DNA of 64,000 nt. Source: Daphnia carinata (taxonomy: Eukaryota). Positions 1 to 13,082 of the stretch are shown here, one piece after another; position 1 is the first letter of the stretch; every line of letters starts with the position of its first letter. The stretch is from assembly GCF_022539665.2 (NCBI RefSeq), contig NC_081333.1, forward strand, positions 5,456,001-5,520,000, written 5' to 3'. The notes below the pieces were generated by a model. That model had not been told where the DNA came from. It saw only the letters and a list, made by a program, of their open reading frames with translations, and did not search any database. The translations under genes and the position numbers were made by a program.

Positions 1-1129
1 AATTGTTTCGAGAACTGGTCGTTGTAATGTCGGTGTTGCTAGGATGGACATTGGCTGAGGCAGTTGTTGCAGTCGCGTTCTTACTTGGACTAACGCTAAC
101 AAACACGGTAGTAATTGCGAGGTAACAACAGTTTTTGTTGCTGTTCTGGAAAACTTGTGCAAAAGTCACATGAACGTGTTCGTAGGGAGTGTAACGGCGT
201 TGCAACCGAACGACATGCTGGGCTTCAGAAACTTCTCCTTCAAGTTTTCTCCGGTTCATTGTGCAAGCCTGTCAGCGTTTTTAGGTGTTGGCATCGTGGC
301 TTTCTCGTCAGCTTCCTGGTCACTTTTGAACAGGTAACGCATGGCCAGCACATTGGATGTCGGGACGAAATAAGCAGCCGGATTGGGCAGCGTATCTTAA
401 GCCGAATATGCGTTGCGATAAGGCTTGTGTAATAGCGTAACCTCTGGATCCATTATAAATTACTCTTACTAAAATGAAAACAAAACACTGCCTTAGAAAT
501 TCTAATTTATTGATCAGACAACCACTTTCCACTGGTTGGTAACTAATACAGAATTGAAATGAGTGGAAAAAAGTAGTGGAAAGTAGAATTTCGTAGGAGG
601 TGCAGTATCCTGCACAAAAACAAGAACACCGATTTATTTTCAAAACGCCCTCTTTGGATAAAATATATTAATTATTTACCTTTTTTAAAATAGGGTTAGG
701 GCGTGTTTGGCGCAAAAACACTATAAGTTGGGAAGGGTAGTTTTAAGTCCAGACACCTTCAAGTCAAAAGACCTTTTGTTAATGCCCGAGGCGTTTCGAA
801 AACCGTCTGGAAAAAGTAGGGTATAAATTTTTTGTTAGACCCTTCAATCTCCCCCCAGGCTAAGACGACAAATGTGTAATCAACATATTGTCAACCTCCA
901 TCACGCGCTTCGTTCATCATTGACTTACCATAGGGCGTCTTAAAATATGTTATAAAAAAATAAAACCGTATACTACCATTAACAATTATTCATAGTAGTG
1001 GACGAATCGATTTTGTTCCTTGTTGCCTTTATCGAAAAATTTGGAACTTTTATCAGGATCTCACCGTTACAATCCATGTCTGAACCAGACACTTTACCAC
1101 AGGGATACTGCTTGACGCCACTTTTTGTT

Positions 1130-1760
1130 AAGGCATTAGTCCTATTTCTCCTTCGAGCTAGTCCTATTCCTTTTATATTGTTCGAATAGGAACAATGAAC
1201 CCTCAATTGCGTAAGAGCGTCGGGTTATATCCCATTTCCATTCGAAAGACCAGTGGTGTTACCTCATTAGTTAAAAGGTTCACAAAACATTTATTTCTCA
1301 TCCAATTTTAATTTCAATTGCTGAGGAACATGAATTGTGTTGTATCTAATAGAGTTCGTTTAATAAAATATTATTAGAATAAAATCAGAATATGTAAGAG
1401 CTGTATATTATGTTACGATAGTTGTATGAAATAGTAAAACATTAGTGCAATTGGAAAAGTTGGTTATGACCACATAAATTGCAATATAAGTAATAGATAT
1501 TTCTGTAGTATGTGTAATAGTATTCTGTTAAATGAACTATATTAAATACAACATAGTTCATGTTCTCCTGCAATTTTAATTATAATAGGATAAGAAAAAA
1601 AAGTTTTAAGAACCATTTTACTAATCAGCTGACACCATCGCTTTTTAAAAAAGGAAAATGTATGTAAGCCGACGTTCCTTACGTTTTCGTGCAAGAAATA
1701 GGACCATGTCAGAGCTCGGAGGAGAAATAGGACTGATGCTATGGAGAAATAGGACTGTAC
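1130..1760. repeat. Long imperfect palindrome (foldback/MITE-like element)
   Basis: 1210-1380 (cgtaagagcgtcgggttatatccc...ctcatccaattttaatttcaattgctgaggaacatgaattgtgttgtatctaatag) aligns to the reverse complement of ~1510-1683. The outer motif agtcctatttctcc (1138) is inverted as ggagaaataggact (~1720, ~1743). Confidence 0.7.
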
Positions 1761-2084
1761 TAAATGTATTAAAAGTCAGTCCTATTTCTCCTGTAGAAAT
1801 AGGGCTGGAAATTTTCAGTCCTATTTCGTTTCAGTCTCATTTAACCGCAAAATGCATCACCAATGTTATAAAGGATTTAATAGCACTTACTAAACAAAAT
1901 AAAGCACCGAAAATAATTTTAAAAATTAATTAATATTTGGTCCAATAACCACCATTTTCAATTGCAGTTTTGCAATCGTTAGTCATGGAAAGCGCAAGTT
2001 TTTGCAGTGAGTAGATTTCCCTCGTTAGCTCTCCCAAATCCCATTAGCCCTACCATAAAGTTTATCCGCGGACCGAGAACGGAA

Positions 2085-2700
2085 AAATTCTAAGTCCTTA
2101 ACCATATCCCCCACACATTTTCAATGGGGTTCATGTCAGCTCCCTTTAGTGGTCACGACAGTAGTTCAACTTCATCCTGATGGTCGTCAAACCAGTCCGT
2201 TATCATTTTGGGCTGATGGATTGGCGTCCTATCTTGATTCAATTTGACGCACTTACCAGCAAATTTTTCGTGAATGAAAAGAAGCAGAACGCCCCTAAAA
2301 ATCTCTAGTTGTTCAAGTAGTTCATTTTGATCCTGATGGTCGTCAAACCAGTCCTTTATCATTTGGACTGATGGATTGGCGACCTATCTTGATAAAATTT
2401 GACGCGCTTACCAGGAAAGTTTTCGTGAATGGAAGGAAGCAGAACGCCCCTAAAAATCTCCAGATACTTTTCGCTGTTCAGCTTCCCTTCAATCCAGACA
2501 AAATCTCTGGCACCACTTGATGAAAACCCTGCCCAGACGGGTACGGGTTTTTTTCGCTCCCATCTTAGATTTGAATGTGCTTGCGTCGAAATGAGTGCCA
2601 TTCATTCTATACGAAAGACCAGACCGCCTTCGCCAGATCTTAATGATAAGTAATTTTAGCATTAAATTCTACGCGCTGCAATAAAATTTAAAAATAATTC
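2085..2700 (-). pseudogene. Tc1/mariner (DD34E-type) transposase remnant with internal tandem duplication
   Basis: Minus-strand peptides VWAGFSSSGARDFVWIEGKLNSEKYLEIF, FYQDRSPIH and PLKGADMNPIENVWGDMV match Tc1 motifs (VWG.F, QDN...H, SPDLNPIENVW). A ~157-bp segment is duplicated (aaaccagtcc at ~2188 and ~2345). Confidence 0.85.
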
Positions 2701-3499
2701 CAAAAAGATTTTTGGTCTGAGAGATTGACGCTTTCCCACCACTCTATGGCCTAGTAACGTAATTTATGGCAAAAATTAACCTATATTTAGCGTGCGCTGG
2801 CGAGAGATTTTTTTTTGCGTAGCCCGACGTGGATATATCTATCTGCGTTATAACTAAATACAGAATATGGATATATTAAAAAAAACGTTAAAGAGAAAGT
2901 TGGAATTTTTACCTGCGATTCCTTGTGCAGTTGTTATAGGTTTAGCTAACGCGGCAGAAAGTGTATCATTTTCATTAGGCTGAGTTCGTTTTCGTCTTTT
3001 CGGACCCCCATTTTCTTCCTACATTGCCTGTTTCGACAATCTTTTCTTCCAGCCAAGCAACGGTGGAAACGAGTGCCCCTCATTTTGCGCTTATCCAGCC
3101 AGAACGGATTTTCCTGCTTCCGCAATCGCAACTATGAAAGCGCGTTCTTTTCAATTAAGTATTTTACCCCCATGGTCTACGCCAAACATGTTTTTTTTTT
3201 GTCACAGATTTTTAACTTTGCCGAAAATAAAAGATACAAAGTTACACTCAACTTTTGAGAAAAAAAGGTAGTGTGATAAAAAGGTGAGCATAAAGGATTC
3301 TGTTTCTTTTTTTCGACTTGCCCAATAGCTCGATAGAGTCATCTAAACTTTTCGTTCAACATGGCCTAGCATAACCTTCTGTGATATTTTGAAAGCTATG
3401 GGATGGGAAACGAAAATAAAATAGGCAGTCGAGTAATGTTGCGTATCTCTAAAGAATCGCAATGGCTTTAAAGACCGACAAGTCTAAAAGCCCCTGATT

Positions 3500-3972
3500 C
3501 CCTAATCTTGTACTAATAAGAAAACAACGATGTTTGAAAGACTGTATTTGAAACAGAAAAGGGGACTTCGTTTGACAAGTTTGGAGGGGATTTCGACAGC
3601 TGTGTGTCGATTACAAAAGAACAAAAGGAAGACAAAAATGAGACTGACTTGGGTCGACTTACAAAAGCCCCGGAAGGTTATCACTCATTGAACGCGGGCA
3701 TTGACTGAATTCTTGAGAACTAATAAAATTCCCAACACTGATGGATATAAAAGCAGGCCATGCAGCTGGATCGAGGGTCCTTCCGTGTCAGTTACCTTTG
3801 ATGTAGCTAAGTTGTAAAACCTTGTTAGATTTTATCAAGCCAAAATTCCTTTGTTCTTACTCAAGTATAGAGCTTAGTTAAATCTCTTAGCCATTCTGTA
3901 GGCTGTATCCTTTAAATTTCAAATAAACGGCCTTGACGGTGATCGCTCGTTACATGGTGGAGATGCAGGGTA
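3500..3972 (+). mobile_element. LTR 3' end plus primer-binding site (tRNA-Ala-like) of an LTR retrotransposon
   Basis: TATA-like gatataaaag at ~3744 and AATAAA at 3922. The LTR ends ...cgttACA at 3954 and is followed directly by TGGTGGAGATGCAGGGTA (3955-3972), complementary to a tRNA 3' end of the ...GCATCTCCACCA (Ala) type. The 5' LTR boundary is uncertain. Confidence 0.65.
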
Positions 3973-6669
3973 GGCCTTTCTGGTAAAGCAAGGTAAGACC
4001 AAGTTGTCTGTGAATCTAGCGTTCATAAAGAGACCAGGAGGCAGGTACTGTTGAGAGGCCCTTGGAAACTGTGACCAACTGGTGTGGAAGATCTTCCACC
4101 GTCGGAGACTGCCGACTCAGCGTAGTAGTTAGGGGGTGATTTATAACGGCCTAGCCCTTGTGAGGAGCCAGCGTATTTTGGGCGGCGTCTCGTTTGAAAG
4201 TTGCCGAGTTAGTACGTGGAAGGTCCCGTATAGGGAACGCGACCGTAAGCAAGGCGGGCTTATGGGCCGGAACATACGACGGCGCCAAAAGGGACCGTAC
4301 CTAGAGAGAAAATTGATTAGTAATGGTACTTATCTTAGATATTACGATATACGTATGCACTTACTCTTAGATATTGTGGATATGAAGTCCCGATGATACT
4401 GTGGCGGCTGAGGCGAAGATGGCGGCGGCGATTGCAATAAGGCGGGCGGTGAGCGCGGGGCACGGTGGCGGAGGGCGGCAAACGGCGGGCAAACAGCGGG
4501 TACACAATACGGCAGGGCAACAACAAGGAAATACTAAAGAGTGGCTTACCGGAGAGACTTGTAGACGGCTTCGGTGCCAAAATTTGTGTGTGTATTACTT
4601 GGGCCGAAATCGGACCATATATACCCATACAAAACCCACCGTTGACAAGTAAATTAATTGATTTAACATAAGTTTAAACGCTGATCCAGAGGTCGGCGGT
4701 GATTCTTCTTTCTCTTGACCGCGGGATAACCCCTTCCTACGACACTCCATAATTCCCCTTCCCAAAGGCTCGAAGGGATTTCCTTGCGGCTACCATCCTT
4801 CTTTCCTCCGTTTGTTATTGATATTCGGTTCGGTCTCTTCTCGCTAGAGACCGTTCTATGCAAATGGGAGGATCGTCAGCAGATTCCAATATTATATTCT
4901 GGGTTACCGGTCTTTTATTTTGTAATCATGCGGTGCAGGCGGTCTTTCCTCCGGCCACGTTTAACCATTAAGCCGTTAGAAGGTGGGTCTATTTATGTCG
5001 CGGGACTCGACTGGATTTTCCCGCCTGAAGCTTCTTCTTCTCCGTCTACCGTGGTCTCACCCGAATCCCCTCTTCTAGCCCCGGCCTGGGCCTCTGATGT
5101 GGGTCGGACGTCAGATTTTCTGACAGCTGGTATTACTATCTTAAATTGGCATAGGACCAGAGGCCTGTCCAAGTTTCTGGCATATGTTTTAGATTGACGA
5201 ATAGTGGTCTTTTGCTTTTCCTTGATAAAATTAGAGCCTGCTGTAGTGCCCGTAAATTTTGAAAATTATAAGGAATAGATGAATCCTGGTGAGCCTTAAC
5301 AGAGTAAGTGACTTAAGGAGCTAGAAGCGTCACCCGTCAGTGAATCAAAGGTGCAGTAAGAAAGGTGAAACAGGAACAAGATCTAAGGAGTCAACGAAGG
5401 ACAGCGTCGAGAAGAAGATTCCAACGGCTCAAGAAATCGGCCGTTCCATCTCAAGTTCTGAAACGGAATCTCCGAACCCGATCGGAAGCTCATATACAAA
5501 ATCAAGTCAACTGTGTGGATTTCGAAAACAAGGGATAGTGGTTTTGAGAAAGAGTTGATTGTCGAACAAGACGATTCGTGTGAGGAAATGACGAACGAAA
5601 AACGCACTTCTATCTATCCACCTGAACCGAACAGATTTGGATTAGTTGACGAAGGGATAGAAAGAGCCTCATGCAGAAGTCCCAGTGGCCTAACCAGAGT
5701 CAGGACTGGAGCTTCATTGCCCAGAGAAGGAGGAATAAGTGAATTGAGAGACGATTTTAGTTAGCGAGCCCCAAACAGTATCATCAAGTGAGCCATCGAT
5801 TGCTGAATCGGGAGGCAAAGGTGAAAATTCTGAAGTTTCACGAGAACCATCCCCCGAAGCTATAGCCAAACGACATCTCATCCCAAAATTGAAGTATAGA
5901 GAGCCTCTGATCAGCGGTTGCATCAGTGGTAACCAGTCATGATATTGTTTAAAGAATTTCATCTATTTCCATGAAGCAGCATGCTCGAGTCTTAGACATC
6001 CGGTGATTTAGTTCATAACGGTTGACAACCAGTGAAAATATACTATGTTAATAAATATATTGTTTATGGAATCAGATATTGGCGAGTAATTAGGAAGGAG
6101 GTTCGAAAGGGAAAACGTAACAACTTACATTGATCATGGCCAATAATGTGGTGATAACGAAATTTAATATTGTTTAGTACATCAATAACTTCTAATTTGT
6201 GTGCTGAATCAAACCGGCTGGTTATTCGATTTTAAGAAATTTTAATTTTTGATTTTTATAGCGGACATGCACACATGAGTCCCAAAACATCGCTTTCTTC
6301 ATGATGGAATGAAAAGACGAATGGAACAAAATTAAAAGAATGTTATTAATTATTATTTTAGTTATTTGTATTATTTATATATTAATTAAATAGGTTATCA
6401 ATTAAAAAAAATTGGTTTTTATATGAATAGAATATATCAACGTGCCGTTAGAGCAGTAGATACGAGTCTGACGGATAGATGGTTTCGGTAAAAAAAATGC
6501 TAATTTAGTTTTTCTTTTTTTATGGGGGGGAGGGGAGGGGGCGGGGTAGTTAAGGTGAAACTGATATTTAACCCTTATAAGTTAAAGGGATAGTCTTTTA
6601 CGCTAGTTGTTAATATAACTCGAGATTTTCCGACGCTAGGACTTTTGCCACTCGTTACTTGGACTGAAG

Positions 6670-7400
6670 TGGTTCGCGAAAATAGGACATCTGTCTAACG
6701 AGGATTGAACTACTGGTTCACTACGTTTGGCCGCGGCAGCGAAATGTTTCTGAACCAAGCAAGCCCTATACGTGCGACAAGTCAACTTCCATGCCAGCGA
6801 CACTTGGACTCTTTTCTTTTTGTTTTTACTGAATAAATAGGTATTCATAATTAGTTGTAGTTATTTTATATATGTTTTTGTTCGGGTTTAACGAGTAATA
6901 AACTTAGCTATTGTTATTGTAGGGGAAAAATCTAACTATACTTACGCAATTGCAAATAACATATTAATGACTTTTTGGACATGACCTTTGATGACTACAC
7001 AGTTAATAGTATTATATATGGATTTAAAAAAATCATCTTAGTAAAAACGATAGCCCGTTTTTAGCCCATTCAAATTTTAATTTGAATTGAACAAACTAAC
7101 AAAAAGAAATGAATTTGAGTGAAAATGCCCATATTGACTAAAGGTTTGTCAAAAATAAAATGTAGAAAAATTATAGCAAAAAAAATATACAAAAATATGT
7201 GAAAAATAATTAGGAGAAAAATTTATGTTGCGCCCAAACTTCGGGAATCATCCAAATGCCCAAATGCCCAAATGCCCAAATGTCCAAATGCCAATAGGCA
7301 GATGTCCTGTCGTCGTGTAGCAAATGTCCAAGTGTCGGAAACCTGCATCTAAAAGTCGGAAACCCTGGAATCCTTTTGGTAACTCGCCCGAAACAGCGCA
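6670..7400 (+). repeat. Dispersed repeat, copy 1 (diverged inverted copy at ~34785-35585)
   Basis: Blocks taggacatctgtcta, ccatgccagcgacacttggactcttttctttttgtttttactgaataa and gtcggaaacctgcatctaaaagtcggaaaccctggaatccttttggtaac recur as reverse complements at 34790-35570. Contains a (caaatgcc)n run at 7251-7293. Confidence 0.8.
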
Positions 7401-9605
7401 TGCTTAAACAACTGTCTTACATGCATAACTTTTCTTCTGTTTGTAACGTTTAGTTTGAAAATCACGGAGCAATCCAGTGATTCAGTATCCGTCTCATTTG
7501 GTGTACACGAAAATTATTCTGCATTTTAAACCACTTTGCATTAATACCTATCATGGAGACCAACTCGTCATCACAGTCAATGCTAGAGGCTTGCTCAACA
7601 GCGAGCATCAACATATTCGGAAATGTAAGCACATATCCAATATCTCTCACACCTAATCGCACTGTCTCACATGTAATGGGCGCATTTTTGGCTCTGGATG
7701 AATTGTTAATTCTTGTTAATTTTCGTTGTTTCTTTTTTGCGGGAGGGAGTGTCATGAATGGCATGAATGGTATAGTCGTGAATATGTGATGAAGTCCTTT
7801 TGGAACTCGCCCAAACGAGTAGGCCTACATACTAACAACTTTTTCACGTGCTTTTTAACGTCTAGTCTGTTTACCTTAAACCCCATTCTGTATTACTACA
7901 ACTTTACGGAAATCTATGAAAGACATCTTCTGAAATGTAATGAAATTGATCTTCTAACCAATTCAGATTTTTTCTCTTATATTTAAGTAGCCTGTGAGAT
8001 CCAGTCTTTGAAGAGCCCTGGATTTAGTTTAACGACTGTGATTTTGGTCAGGTTGTGGGTAGCCATGTCACGGCTGCCCAAACTGTAGGGTCTGTTGGTC
8101 TCATCCTTACCAGAAAAACATATTTATGGGTGTTAAAATGGCTGCCTGTGCAGGAAGATCTCCTAACCTGGGATTATCCAACACTATAGCAGTAATTATA
8201 GCACATTGTGACTTAACAACAAAAACTATTCGTTTGATTTCAACCTCGAGTATGTTTAAATAACCTTGTATTGTAGTCCTTTATCGTTGGAACAAGGGAG
8301 ACGCAAATAGCTAATGCGAATTTTCATTGCGTACGTCAGTAGAATAAGACAATACTTCGATTGCTTGTAAGTGACATACACTTCTTAGTAGAATGCCATT
8401 CTAAAAATGTAAAATACTTTTCTACTAATGAGGCTGCTGGAAATGAACCTCGTCTTAACCTACTGATGGAAAGATGAAGGCGGAAGCCTTTCTGGTTGAC
8501 AAGACACACTTTCTGAAATACACGTGATTTGTCAACTGAAACAATAGCAACAAACCATTTTGCATCTGTTGTCCCATTAAATATTTTTTTATCACGGTTC
8601 CAATGCCAGTGTGGCCACGATCATATACTAGAAGGAAGCTCATAATACCAGAAGGAAGTAACCTACTTTAGGGGGGGGGGGTGGATAGAAAAGACCTTGG
8701 ACATTCAAAATTCTCTTGAAATACCTGATTGCCACTGGCATTCCACTGCACTATCTTTAGGTGTTTTCTTCGTCCTTTTGTCAAAGGATTTTCATAGACA
8801 CAATATCACGAAATTTTGTTTTAGAAAGAGATTTTACTTGATGTCCCAAAATTGACATTATTTCTGGTTTGGGGGAACTTTTTCACTCAACAATATATTG
8901 TTTTACCTGAATTGACGTTGTTCACCATGTTTTTGGTAAGTTATATTACATAAATCCTATTGAAACACTTAGTTTGAAGGATAACGCACTTTGCAATCAC
9001 GTACTGGAGTTCCTGATATTAATTGCATGAAATGGCTCATTATGAAATAAGAGCCATGTGGATGTGCTATATGGAGCCCAGTCACCTACCAAATGTGTTG
9101 GGGGTTGTTCTACTTGTCGTAACAATTCTCTTCTGTTCCCTTATATAAGCAGGCTGCTCTTCTGTACTGAATGTTATTCCAGAATTAGTTCACTCATTGC
9201 GCTCCAGTATATATGTTCTGATGTCTCACGTATTGTTTGGCGTCCTTGGCTATCACTCGTTGGTTACGCCACACGTTGCAGAAAGATCACGGACACCGTT
9301 TTATCATTGACATCGTTTTGCACGCATTCACTTCTGACCTTGAAAAGAGTCTGTCCGACAATCATTCTGAAAAAATCCGCATATAAAACAACGAAGAATT
9401 GAAACCAAAGGGAGATACTGTAGCATTATCATTTGAAATCACCATAAAAAATGCATTTTGAGTTAAATTTATGTTGGTGATGTTAAAGTAAAATGGTAAG
9501 TCTCTTATCTGTCATAAAGCACAATCTTATAGGCCACCTCAAGCCTTGTAGCATCATTTTTTATGAATGTTGCTCTTTCCAATTAAAACTCATTCGCCTA
9601 ATGTA

Positions 9606-10562
9606 GTAGGGAAGACCGGACCCATCTTGGACACCATACCAAGTTGTACAGTGCCGCAAAAAATAGAAGTTGTAATAATAAAAATATAATATTTATAGAT
9701 TTTGTTTGAAACAGGTTTTTTTAAATAGTGTAAAAGTTTGACTTTCGTGTCTTAATTATTTACTGAGTTATTTAATAAACAAAAAAATGGGAAAAAGTTT
9801 GTATTTTTTTTGGTTCCTTATTGGTAATTTTTTCCTAAGTTATCTTACAATTATTTGTTTATAAATAATGGCAGTAAGTAGAGCAGAGATTAATTAATAA
9901 TATTTGAAAGTAAAAATAATTTTAGTCATTCAACTTTAAACATATCAGTTTTCCTGCGAAAGCTATTTTTTGGGGCCAAGTTGTACAGACGGCATGGGTG
10001 ATATTGGACACGAAATAGGCGTGCAATGGAGGAGTTAAGTCAAAGCGCGAAAGTTTGAAATGTTTCAATTTAACAGAACATGTAGAATATAGCTAAAGTT
10101 TATTCATATTTTTTATCTAAATTTAAAAAAAATTATCAAAATGTGTTGGCTCCGCCTCCTCCTATGTCTTCACTATCAGTAAAATAAAAATATTTCAAGT
10201 ATAACAAAAGTCTTTTATTTCATGTAACATCTTATTAAGACTGCATTTAAATTGTTCCCTAGTTTAATACCAATAAGCCCAAATAAAAGTAAAATTTAAA
10301 AAAAATTCATTCTACCTATTTTTACCCCGTCCAAAGTGGTACAGGTGTCAGTCCAAAGTCACCCCGGTTCGGTCTAAACTCACCGCAAAATATAAATCGT
10401 AATAAATACTAAAAAAATTACATTACATTCCTGAAAAAATTTCTTGGGGTGGAGGAAAAGAAGTAAATTCATTTTTAACAAATTTTGCGGATTTTGCATA
10501 AGTGGGATAGTAAATATTGGGGTAAAGCCGAAACTGTCCAAGATGGGTCCGGTCTCCCCTAC
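9606..10562 (+). mobile_element. Non-autonomous TIR element (MITE), GTAGGG...CCCTAC termini, copy 1
   Basis: Left end gtagggaagaccggacccatcttggaca is the inverse of right end tgtccaagatgggtccggtctcccctac. The interior is homologous to 29146-30235. Confidence 0.85.
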
Positions 10563-11399
10563 AATGGGCTAAGCTTTTACTTGAATCTGCGGCCTGTTGC
10601 CCTTTTCGACGACATGACTGTTGAAGAAGGATTTCCATCTAACCCTTTGCTTCCGCTGATGCCCGAGCATAGAACTAAGTATGAAAGTAATTCTTAGTGG
10701 AAATTTCAAATGCTTTGTCGATCCAACTTGTTGTTCACTGGGTAGTCTCTAGGCATCCTGGTTGCTTTTAGGTGCTGTACATTGATGAGAGATCGGTTGA
10801 ATTGAAATTCTATGCAAGATAATCAGTTTTGAAAGGTTAAGCGACGGAGCAAGTTCCAAATTTGAATGGTAATATAAATTTTAATAAAATTTAATGCACC
10901 CGTCTAGAATAGCGATAACCAGAACCAAGTTGCTCCCGCGTTTCGAGGAGGCAATAGGTACATTGGAATTTTTAAAAATAATCCTTTCTCGTGATTGAGC
11001 GTTACATTAGGACCAGGTTTCACATAGGACACTGTCCTGACGAAAATATTCTTTGGGAAGTCAGCTGTTGGCGATACCGCCCCATCTCCTAGCCAGAACC
11101 ATTGTAGCTTCAAACCTGTTTGTCTAAAGGTAGTGGAGCAATAACTTGCTTAAAATCAATACAGGGAAAATGGTTACTCTAATCTCATTCACCTTGGCTT
11201 TTTTTTCAAGTTACTCCAACCAAACTGAGACAACTTGTGTTTGTTGCAGTCTCCATTCCAGTTATTCTCATCCCCCATTTTTCTAATAGGGAATCTTTTC
11301 TAAGGAAATAATAATATTCGATTCAATGAATAGCATTTTGCAATAGAATTTTGTGGAGACAGATATTAAGGGATTTGAAATTCCACCTTACGAAAACGT

Positions 11400-12000
11400 A
11401 CGTAACAATGGTTTTTCATCTGGATCGAGTCTTATTCGTTGAGCGCAGCGTCCATCATTAGGATTTCTGGGCTCCTCTCTATTTCTTCGATCTCAGTGTG
11501 TTTTTTTAAGGTCAATAGGTAACTGCTTTTTTCAGCAAAGCCGTTTTCAAAGACAAGTTTCGCCACAGACATATCTCCAAATCTGTTTATACTAGTGCGT
11601 GACTACTCGATAGTGTACTTGATGCTAGAAGTGGTGTCACAATACAGTAACCTTCTATCTTGCTGGAAACAGTTGCTTGAATTCGCTTGATTGAATATGC
11701 TGGTAACTCTTGACGATCTCTTGAAACCAGCCGACTTTTCTTAACTTCTTCTGCTTGAAGAGGAGATATTTTTGCAAGTGGTTATTTCCCAGTCGTGAAC
11801 GACAATTCTTCTGATTTGAAGTCTATTTGAATGGCTCGAAATTGCTGTAGGAAATCATTTCCCAATAGAAGCTCAAAACCTGGCACACTATGACTATTGC
11901 GTTTTCTGTAATAGTTTTGCCTCTGTGAGTTACCACAATATCCAACGTACTCTAGGGTGACTGAGTATGACCCTTTGCAAGAGGAATCTTCGGTTCATTC
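11400..12000 (-). pseudogene. Gypsy-type pol (aspartic protease region) remnant
   Basis: Minus strand ~11890-11815 reads VPGFELLLGNDFLQQFRAIQIDF, the LLG.DFL motif closing retropepsin domains. The surrounding frame is broken. Confidence 0.6.
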
Positions 12001-12489
12001 AGAGGTTTCTTGACGAACCTTGTTTTTTCAATAATTCGTCCCTCACTGGATGCTGCAATCTCGTTAGCAGGCAGCGTGGTCGACAAGCCACTAGATGGGT
12101 GCAGTCGTCTACATGGATCCCGAGGATAACTAGGTAGGCGCGAGTTACTCTTTTTCTGGATCAACTATCACTTAGGCAGCGCTGATTCGTTAACAACGGG
12201 CTGCATCTCTACCCTTTGTCATAATGGACTTAACTTGGTTTTTAATAATTTGTATTAAAACTGAAGAAACATAATACAATACAAAATGGAAGGGTATTTA
12301 CGGCTTTTACTTAAATTTTCTGCATAAATGTGGAGAGAGTAAGAGAACTCAGGAAAAACTAGACAGGAATGAATATATAATACCTAAAAAGGAAACGGCT
12401 AATCGAAAATGAATCGTTGTAATGAAGTGAAAATAGTGAGGAATGCGAGCAGTGTCTGTTCGGCTTACTTTTGGTTCCACCTATCTGAC

Positions 12490-13082
12490 CAGAGATAAGG
12501 AGATGGAACACGGAATAGGGAAAGCCGCCATGACAGATTTCGGCACTCCATCTAGCGGCTAATTCCCTCCTTTTCTCATTAGCAGACGAATTCCCTGCAA
12601 ACAAGCATTGTTACAGGCGGCTGATTTGAAATGGTCACGGAGAGTTAGACAATGCGCCAGTTAATAACACACAAAAGAAAGTTTCATGACTAAAAGTAAA
12701 TTGTAACTACTACTATAACAACTTGTAAACTGAGCCTGGGTATTTTGCAGTATAAAATTTGATAATAAGCTAACAGGTTCCCTGGAAACAATTCAATGGA
12801 AACTGGAATGGAAGGTACTTGTAAGCCAAAAATTCCAGAAAATCGACCCCTTTTGATTCTCCGAGTTTTCAATGCCCTCCGAGTCACAGAACTTTCTTTG
12901 TGTGTTTTTATCTGGCGAAATGTCCGACTTTCCTTTCCCATATTCAAATTACCGCCTGTCAGGTTGGTTCCTTGCAGGGAATTCGTCTGCTAATGATGAA
13001 GAGAGGGAATTAGCCGCTAGATGCTGCCCAAAAAAGTGTCATGGCGGCTTTAACACGGTCGTGTCCCATCTCCTTATCTCTG
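12490..13082 (+). mobile_element. 593-bp MITE with CAGAGATAAGGAGATGG TIRs and 8-bp TSD (hAT- or P-superfamily)
   Basis: TIRs cagagataaggagatgg / ccatctccttatctctg with ~110 bp of imperfect subterminal inversion. Perfect flanking direct repeat TATCTGAC at 12482-12489 and 13083-13090. Confidence 0.92.

Noticed and set aside
1..640. Thr/Asn-rich minus-strand coding-like sequence at the window edge
   Set aside because: Interrupted frames, truncated by the window, and no recognisable family.
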